Program-made: the position numbers and the translations under genes
Notes under the pieces: generated by a model
What the model was told of the DNA's origin: nothing
The model's database searches: none
What the model saw: the letters and a program-made list of their open reading frames with translations, nothing else
Assembly: GCA_964617035.1 (NCBI GenBank)
Contig: CAZTWB010000002.1
Span: 1 to 37,611, forward strand
From: an uncultured Candidatus Saccharibacteria bacterium
GTDB taxonomy: Bacteria > Patescibacteriota > Saccharimonadia > Saccharimonadales > JAGQNJ01
DNA length: 37,611 bases
Reading direction: 5' to 3'
In this document: in pieces, positions 32,530-37,611 of the stretch
Position numbering within the stretch: position 1 is the first letter of the stretch
Layout: every line of letters starts with the position of its first letter

Positions 32530-33849
32530 CTAAGAACGCAACGCGTGTTCGCGTTGGGCGTTGATATATTCGTCTTCGGGAAATATGACACCACCCCTAA
32601 TGCATGCTTCACGAACTAAATCTGCTGGAATGCCGTGAGTTGCGTGTAGCGTATGAACATCAGCTCCAGTAATCTCCCCTCTGTCAATAAAGGGTTTTAG
32701 TAGTTTGGTCCCGCGCGTGAGTACCTTAGAGAATGCTTGCTGCTCGATTCGAAGTATTTCCCTAGTTTCCTTTTGACTACTAGTCGCACCAGGTATTTTG
32801 GGGAGGTGTTCCTGTGCAGCTTCCTGGTAATCCGTTAGTTTTTCCTGGGTTATGTCGTGTTGGGCCATGATGCTCATGCTACGGCGTAGTAGTCTCCTTA
32901 ATACATAGGCTGCTGCTTTGTTGGCTGGCGTCACTCCAGACTGAAGTAGAATTTCCGATGTGCGGACATGATCAGTAATGATACGGGCACTACGTTCGTT
33001 GTGAGTATCAGCAAAAACGGTGTCATAGACAGGCAGCCACCGATCGATTTGATGAATACTTGGTGCATCTTGTAATACCATGGCAAACCGCTCTAGCCCG
33101 GCACCTCCATCTACGCTACGTGATTTTAGCGGAATTATTTCCCCTTCTTGATTCATGAAATACTGCATGAAAACACCAGCATTCCATATTTCTATATGTT
33201 GACCATTCCGAAGCTGCTGATCAATGTCATCGGAATCTGCAAAATCTTGGCCACGATCATAGAATACTTCTGTGCATGGCCCACAAGGTCCGCTGTCACC
33301 GGCAGGACCCCAGAAATTATCTTTGGCAGGAAGTGCAACAATACGTTCATTTGGCAAGAAACGTTGCCATGCTGCGATGGATTCAGTATCTCCGGGGATT
33401 CCCCTAGTCTCCTCTTCGCTATTAAGTACGGAGGCGGACAGACGTTCTGGTTCAAGACCGAAACCCTCAGTAATTAGTTCGTATGCGAGTTCTATTGCGC
33501 GCTCTTTGCTGAACTCTGGTCCAAACTGCCACGACCCCATCATATTAAAGCTAGTGCCGTGATGTGGGTCGCCTATGTCATCAATGTCACCAGTACGTAT
33601 GCAGTTTTGGACATTAGTGAGTAGGTTTGACGGAGGGGTTTTGTCACCAGTAAAATAAGGCTTCATTGGAGCCATGCCGGAATTTATTAGGAGCAATGTC
33701 GGATCGTTGTCTGGAATTATACCGCTATCTGGGTAATGGGTATAGCCACGTGATGTATAGAAATCAATATATATTTCTTGAATCTCATCAGTTGTCCGGA
33801 ACGTTGGTTTTTGCTCGCTCAACTCTTGCACTCCTATCTTTACCACCAA
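32530..33849 (-). CDS. AlaRS-like class IIc catalytic-core paralog 2 (439 aa, motifs intact, no editing or C-Ala domains)
   Basis: DPTLLLINSGMAPMKPYF, NCIRTGD, DNFWGPAGDSGPCGPCTEVFYD (GDSGPCGPC = nt 33274-33300), IEIWNAGVFMQ, DGGAGLERFAMVLQ, and ANKAAAYVLRRLLRR. Start is ambiguous (TTG 33849, GTG 33846, or TTG 33822 with GGAG 8 nt upstream). Confidence 0.85.
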   Translation of the reverse strand: MVVKIGVQELSEQKPTFRTTDEIQEIYIDFYTSRGYTHYPDSGIIPDNDPTLLLINSGMAPMKPYFTGDKTPPSNLLTNVQNCIRTGDIDDIGDPHHGTSFNMMGSWQFGPEFSKERAIELAYELITEGFGLEPERLSASVLNSEEETRGIPGDTESIAAWQRFLPNERIVALPAKDNFWGPAGDSGPCGPCTEVFYDRGQDFADSDDIDQQLRNGQHIEIWNAGVFMQYFMNQEGEIIPLKSRSVDGGAGLERFAMVLQDAPSIHQIDRWLPVYDTVFADTHNERSARIITDHVRTSEILLQSGVTPANKAAAYVLRRLLRRSMSIMAQHDITQEKLTDYQEAAQEHLPKIPGATSSQKETREILRIEQQAFSKVLTRGTKLLKPFIDRGEITGADVHTLHATHGIPADLVREACIRGGVIFPEDEYINAQREHALRS

Positions 33850-33890
33850 CCATTATTTGATATTCGTAGAGATTACTATGACACAGTATG

Positions 33891-33904
33891 ATTGATTAAT
33901 CAAT
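33891..33904. promoter_or_regulatory. 14-bp perfect palindrome ATTGATTAATCAAT upstream of AlaRS-like-2
   Basis: Read directly. It lies in the 68-nt gap between the DUF2779 copy-2 stop and the AlaRS-like-2 start. Confidence 0.3.
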
Positions 33905-33917
33905 TGGTGTGTAGTGT

Positions 33918-35266
33918 TCAGGGCTGATCTGCAAAAAACACCCGCAGTTTTCTGTAGATTTCAACCATAGCGAGGGTGTCTAGTTTACAGTACTCTATGA
34001 GATCGTTCAGGATTTGGTCCTTTTGCTCAGCTCGTTTGCCGTCCAGTATGGCTTCCATCCAGAGTCGTTGCGCCGATCCGCCCTCTTGGATACCGAGTTC
34101 TTTGTAGGATAACTCAGGACAAAGTACAGGCAGCACCTGTTTGATACTGGCACTGCCTTCAAAGCGTGGGTCATCGTACCATTTTTGCTTGAATGGAATC
34201 ATTAGGTCTACGATGCGGTCGTTTATGGCTTCCATCGCTTCTTTGTATTCTGGCAATAATTCACCAAGCTCGGTATTGCGAGCCTTCTCGAATCCTTCAT
34301 ACCATACAATCACACTCCCGGTGTCGCCAATGTCTTTAATAAGCTGTTGGGCAAGTGGTCGAGCAGGGTCAGAGTTATCGCGATGCAAGTATTCTTTTTG
34401 GATGAGTTTGGTATCGGGTGATTTGAGAATATATAACGAATATTGAAATGGTATCTGCTGATATGGGCGGTGACCGTCGAAGTGTGGAATGAGCCCAGAC
34501 ATTGTTTCGTAATCGAGAAAATATAGCGGATATTTCAGCTCATCCAAGAACTGCTTGATCTCATCGTGCTGAATGGCTGGTTGCAGGTCTGTCGGATAAT
34601 CCACTGGTTCTTGCGGCACGATGTTAGCGTAGATCTTTAGCCAATCATATCTTGATCCAAGCTTGGCCAGCTCTGGATTTGGATCGGGCATTGTTAGTCG
34701 CTTTGCAACTTCGAGTGCCATAGGCATATATTTGGCAGTCAGCTCGCCTTTGGCGCGAACTTTTTCAGTTACGTCCTCAGTGTGGGTAATCTCATTAGCC
34801 TTTATCTCACCTTGGCGAACATATTTGTTGTTGACATGTATAACGTAGATGTTACGAACTTTCAACCCCGAGCCCTCTAATACTGCTGTCTGAAATGCAA
34901 GGTCGAACTCGTGCTCAGTCTTGACGCTAGTACTGGCTTTGATCTCGTATAAATCTACTTCTTTATCTCCGACAAAACTGACGATGTCGCATATACAGGT
35001 AAAATCTTGCCATTCGAAACGTGGCTGGAATAAGACTTGGTCGCCTCGTGTGATAGCGTCTTGGGTGCGTTGCGGTAATGATAGGTATTCATCATAATCT
35101 GAAAAACCAAGGGCTACACCTTCAGGAAATAACGACTCAGCATATGGCTCAAACTGATGCCCTGCGTCAAACATTGCCTGGGTATTTTTTCACCTTGCGA
35201 AATATGACATCAGTACAGATAAACTGCAGCCACTGGCAACTTATGCAGATTATGTATTGTCATCAT
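33918..35266 (-). pseudogene. DUF2779-family paralog (copy 2) with a disrupted 5' end
   Basis: The 418-aa ORF (33918-35174) is roughly 70% identical by eye to residues 38-449 of copy 1. Upstream, an ATGATG at 35261-35266 opens a 18-codon ORF in another frame (MMTIHNLHKLPVAAVYLY-stop). An in-frame TGA sits at 35190-35192, and there is a 1-nt deletion relative to copy 1. Confidence 0.6.
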
Positions 35267-35539
35267 CAGACGCAAAGTTGATAACAGAACTAGTTCAAGG
35301 TATTCATACAAAGTTTGCTCTCAAGGGCGGCAAAATCGGTATCGCTTAACAGTTTATAAATACTGATCTTGACCGATAATTTTTGTTGATTGTGATAGGG
35401 ACCGGACACGGACTAAATTAACAGGGATAATGAAGTTTGGCACGGTCTCGGAACCCGGTCGCTAAACTAGCTGCTGAATCGTCATAATGTGGTACGGTCT
35501 TGGTTGTTTTGAGGGTCAATTAACAGAGGTGAAACTAAC

Positions 35540-35572
35540 AAAAAAGACCGGTCATAGGAACACGGTCTTTTT
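35540..35572. terminator. Bidirectional intrinsic-terminator-like hairpin downstream of tRNA-Asn
   Basis: A6-GACCG-(12-nt loop)-CGGTC-T5. On the minus strand the stem extends to AAGACCG/CGGTCTT and is followed by T6. An identical copy lies in DR-L (25733-25765). Confidence 0.5.
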
Positions 35573-35594
35573 ACCTCTTGCTGAGTTTGGCTCC
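35540..35594 (+). repeat. Direct repeat DR-R (att-like), overlapping the tRNA-Asn 3' end
   Basis: See DR-L. Positions 35588-35594 (TGGCTCC) are the complement of the tRNA 3' terminal GGAGCCA. Confidence 0.85.
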
Positions 35595-35662
35595 GGGGAT
35601 AGGATTCGAACCTACGACCTAGTGGTTAACAGCCACCCGCTCTACCGCTGAGCTACCCCGGA
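35588..35662 (-). tRNA. tRNA-Asn (anticodon GTT), CCA encoded
   Basis: Folded by eye: acceptor TCCGGGG/CCCCGGA (7 bp), D stem GCTC/GAGC, anticodon stem GGTGG/CCACT with loop CTGTTAA, T stem GTAGG/CCTAT with TTCGAAT loop, discriminator G, and CCA. 75 nt. Confidence 0.92.
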
Positions 35663-35837
35663 TTATTAATTACTGCTTACTAATCAGTTATGTCCTGAAC
35701 AGTACGAAGGAGTATTATATACAAAACAGGTTGCTTCTGCAATTTTATAATAAATAGAGAAAATGATAAAATCTTTATCATAATGGTAATGTTATGATAA
35801 TATTAACAATGCCATATTAGGTGATTAAGTTTAGATA

Positions 35838-36053
35838 ATGGGTAAATTAGCGAAACGAACAAAAAATACTGCTTCAGTAGCACTGTCAGTTACCAAAAAG
35901 GCTTCTTCGAAATCTCTTAAAATAGTCCAAAAAACCAGCAAAGTTCCTGTTAAGGTTGCAAAAAAATTCCGCATACTAAGACGTATCAAAGGGCTCATCG
36001 TGGTTATAAAGTGGCGCATAATAAATGTGCAGTACAGCCTCATCAGCACTTAA
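35838..36053 (+). CDS. Possible small, very basic Lys-rich protein (71 aa)
   Basis: Its stop overlaps the ATG of the downstream surface-protein gene as TAATG (36051-36055). Weak SD (GGTGA, 13 nt upstream). No homology recognised. Confidence 0.3.
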   Translation: MGKLAKRTKNTASVALSVTKKASSKSLKIVQKTSKVPVKVAKKFRILRRIKGLIVVIKWRIINVQYSLIST

Positions 36054-37366
36054 TGGAGAAGTCACCCAAATATGCGCGATGGCATAGTTGGCAATATAAA
36101 AAAATAAATCATAGCCACGTTCATATAGGAGCTTTGATTCTTTATGTTGTTTTTGTGGGGATGATTATTTTTAACAATATCGGCTATGTGTTTGCGGCAG
36201 ATCTTTCAAATAACTGGGATTTTTCAACACCTACGGATTATCAAGCAGACAGTGGAGTAGAAATTAACGGTAATAACGCTCACCTTAAATCCCAAGAGTA
36301 CTCCCCAGATGGTAACACCTCAGCACTTTACCATCTCAACGAAACAAGTGGATCATCGGTCGATGATAGTTCTACTAATAATAATGATGGAACAACAACT
36401 AATTCGCCAAGCTGGAATGCTGGCAGGATGAACAATGGCTTGTCGCTGAATGGCAATGATCAGTATGTCACTGCGCCAGATTCGCCTTCCCTCTCAGTTA
36501 CTGGCAATAATACGGTGGAAGCATGGTCAAAATTAAATAATAGTTTTAGTGCCGGGTCGTCTCAATATCGTCAAACTATTTTAGATAAAGGCCAATACCA
36601 GCTTTATTATGATAACGAAACCGGCAAGATAACTTACGAGTTAGAAAATTCTGGTGCAAATACTTGGACACAACAAGCCGGATACGATATGTTAGCAAAC
36701 AATGGCGCCAAGGTTAATCATAGCTGGGATCAAAATGGTAAGGGATCATTAACAGAAACTGTTAAGATAGGTAGTAAATTATATGTATCACTTGGTGGAA
36801 GTTCAAATGACGCAGAAGTGTGGGAATATGATATATCTTCAGAATTATGGTCGCAAATTGGTGGTGATGGATTAAATTCTAGCTGGAATAACGAAATTAG
36901 CACAAATGCTTACGAAGGCGTTTTGTCATTAGCCACAAACGGGACAGATACACTTTATGCTGGTCTGGGAACCGGGACTAACGATGCTGACATTTGGAGA
37001 TATAAATCTGGATCATGGTCGAAAATCGGTGGTGATGGATTAAATTCTAGCTGGACAGGAAGCGCATTTACAAGTATTTATGCATTAGCTGTAGATGGTG
37101 ATACTTTGTGGGCAGGACTTGGAAACGGAACAAACATGGCGCAAGTTTGGTCTTGTACAAATTGCAGTACTAACCCAAATTGGGGTGGTAGTCGGCTCGG
37201 TGGTTATGCGGGTACGGCTCGCGGTTGGGGTGCTGGCTATGAGATAGTTTACTCTATGGCGGTAATTGACGGTAAGCCGATTGCTGGTCTTGGCTCAACT
37301 GCGGGTGACGGTGAGGTTTGGCGATGTACATCAAATTGCACAACTCCTGGATCAGCAACTTGGTAA
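36053..37366 (+). CDS. Membrane-anchored surface protein: LamG/concanavalin-like domain followed by ~50-aa propeller-like repeats. Ends at an in-frame TAA, and the reading frame continues to the window end.
   Basis: N-terminal TM anchor (IGALILYVVFVGMIIF). LamG-like segment (ALYHLNE...DDSS..NDGT...W..GR..NGLSLNG.DQYV). Repeats with W-x-x-I-G-G-D-G-L-N-S-S-W ... LYAGLG.G.N.A.VW. A 28-nt exact repeat lies at 36861-36888 and 37029-37056. After the TAA (37364-37366) the same frame reads KLGGDGSGSGGQSWG...LYVGTGLTANADANVWKC. Confidence 0.7.
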   Translation: MEKSPKYARWHSWQYKKINHSHVHIGALILYVVFVGMIIFNNIGYVFAADLSNNWDFSTPTDYQADSGVEINGNNAHLKSQEYSPDGNTSALYHLNETSGSSVDDSSTNNNDGTTTNSPSWNAGRMNNGLSLNGNDQYVTAPDSPSLSVTGNNTVEAWSKLNNSFSAGSSQYRQTILDKGQYQLYYDNETGKITYELENSGANTWTQQAGYDMLANNGAKVNHSWDQNGKGSLTETVKIGSKLYVSLGGSSNDAEVWEYDISSELWSQIGGDGLNSSWNNEISTNAYEGVLSLATNGTDTLYAGLGTGTNDADIWRYKSGSWSKIGGDGLNSSWTGSAFTSIYALAVDGDTLWAGLGNGTNMAQVWSCTNCSTNPNWGGSRLGGYAGTARGWGAGYEIVYSMAVIDGKPIAGLGSTAGDGEVWRCTSNCTTPGSATW

Positions 37367-37611
37367 AAGCTTGGTGGAGATGGTTCTGGCTCTGGTGGAC
37401 AAAGCTGGGGTTCTGCAGAGTATGTTCTGTCAATGACATCCGATGGAAATGATCTATATGTTGGCACTGGTCTTACGGCGAATGCGGATGCTAATGTCTG
37501 GAAATGTGATACATCAACTTCGTGCAGTGACACATCAGGCTGGACAAGGATAGGAAGTGCAGCGAATTTTGGGACAGACAAAGAAGGTGTCTATGGAATG
37601 CGAAATAACGG

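Larger units (their letters stand above)
25788..35545. mobile_element. Putative tRNA-Asn-associated genomic island (~9.8 kb) with no recognisable integrase
   Basis: Bounded by DR-L and DR-R in direct orientation. DR-R abuts and overlaps tRNA-Asn. Cargo: an alpha/beta hydrolase, the AlaRS-like cluster and a decayed DUF2779 copy. Confidence 0.4.

Noticed and set aside
32530-33849. AlaRS-like-2 as the ordinary housekeeping alaS
   Set aside because: It lacks the editing and C-Ala domains and sits with a second, degenerate AlaRS core among tailoring enzymes on a putative island. However, a split housekeeping AlaRS cannot be excluded without the rest of the genome, so this is only provisionally rejected.
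25788-35545. Search for an integrase, transposase or IS element that would explain the island or the gene fragments
   Set aside because: No ORF in any frame shows tyrosine/serine recombinase or DDE transposase motifs that I can recognise, and no terminal inverted repeats were seen. The island call therefore rests only on the tRNA-linked direct repeat.
36859-37056. Exact 28-nt repeat GGTGGTGATGGATTAAATTCTAGCTGGA spaced ~170 nt apart, considered as a possible CRISPR-like or regulatory repeat
   Set aside because: Both copies are in frame inside the surface-protein gene and encode the GGDGLNSSW repeat motif, so this is a protein-coding tandem repeat. No CRISPR array or cas genes are seen anywhere in the window.
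37364-37366. Stop-codon reassignment or alternative genetic code as the explanation for the in-frame TAA
   Set aside because: TAA, TGA and TAG all terminate well-supported genes in this window (TGA at 9961-9963 and 11318-11320; TAA at 12625-12627 and 14799-14801). A single-site nonsense change or a sequencing error is more parsimonious.

Overview
Bacterial, accessory-rich window. It uses the standard genetic code (TGA, TAA and TAG all close long ORFs), looks moderately AT-rich by eye, and has visible Shine-Dalgarno sites. All functional calls come from motif recognition by eye on the supplied translations; no searches were run. There are four blocks. (1) 0-12.6 kb, defence island: XRE regulator; a minus-strand type I R-M operon (hsdM, an embedded HEPN-like gene, hsdS, hsdR); DUF3800; RadC; then a plus-strand operon of a GmrSD-like (DUF262+DUF1524) nuclease, a DUF2779 dual-nuclease-like protein and a transglutaminase-fold+TPR protein. 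(2) 12.7-22 kb, membrane/redox block with clear gene decay: a tandem double alpha/beta-hydrolase fused to a polytopic C-terminus, an ArsR pseudogene fused to a ZIP-transporter fragment, DUF1772, a GtrA fragment, a Ham1-like NTPase, a cytochrome-b::molybdopterin oxidoreductase fusion, a NarK-like MFS transporter, a NUDIX remnant, and cytochrome bd subunit I with a half-size subunit-II-like partner. (3) 22.2-25.7 kb, ArsR-led cassette: ArsR, two SRPBCC/AHSA1 proteins, a VOC/PhnB-like protein, DUF1801 and DUF1905, with DUF1697 divergent, ending in an FtsK-gamma-only ORF. (4) 25.7-35.6 kb, a segment bounded by a 49-nt perfect (55-nt near-perfect) direct repeat that includes the 3' end of tRNA-Asn(GTT). 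This segment holds the most interesting content: a compact non-NRPS, biosynthetic-looking cluster with two editing-domain-less AlaRS paralogs, a YqcI/YcgG protein, an S51 peptidase, a Gfo/Idh/MocA-like oxidoreductase, an Fe/2OG-oxygenase-like protein and a class IV aminotransferase. It also carries a 5'-decayed second DUF2779 copy. Beyond the tRNA lies a LamG + propeller-like-repeat surface protein interrupted by an in-frame TAA. The gene content and surface protein suggest a small-genome lineage (possibly Patescibacteria-like), but this cannot be verified from the sequence alone.
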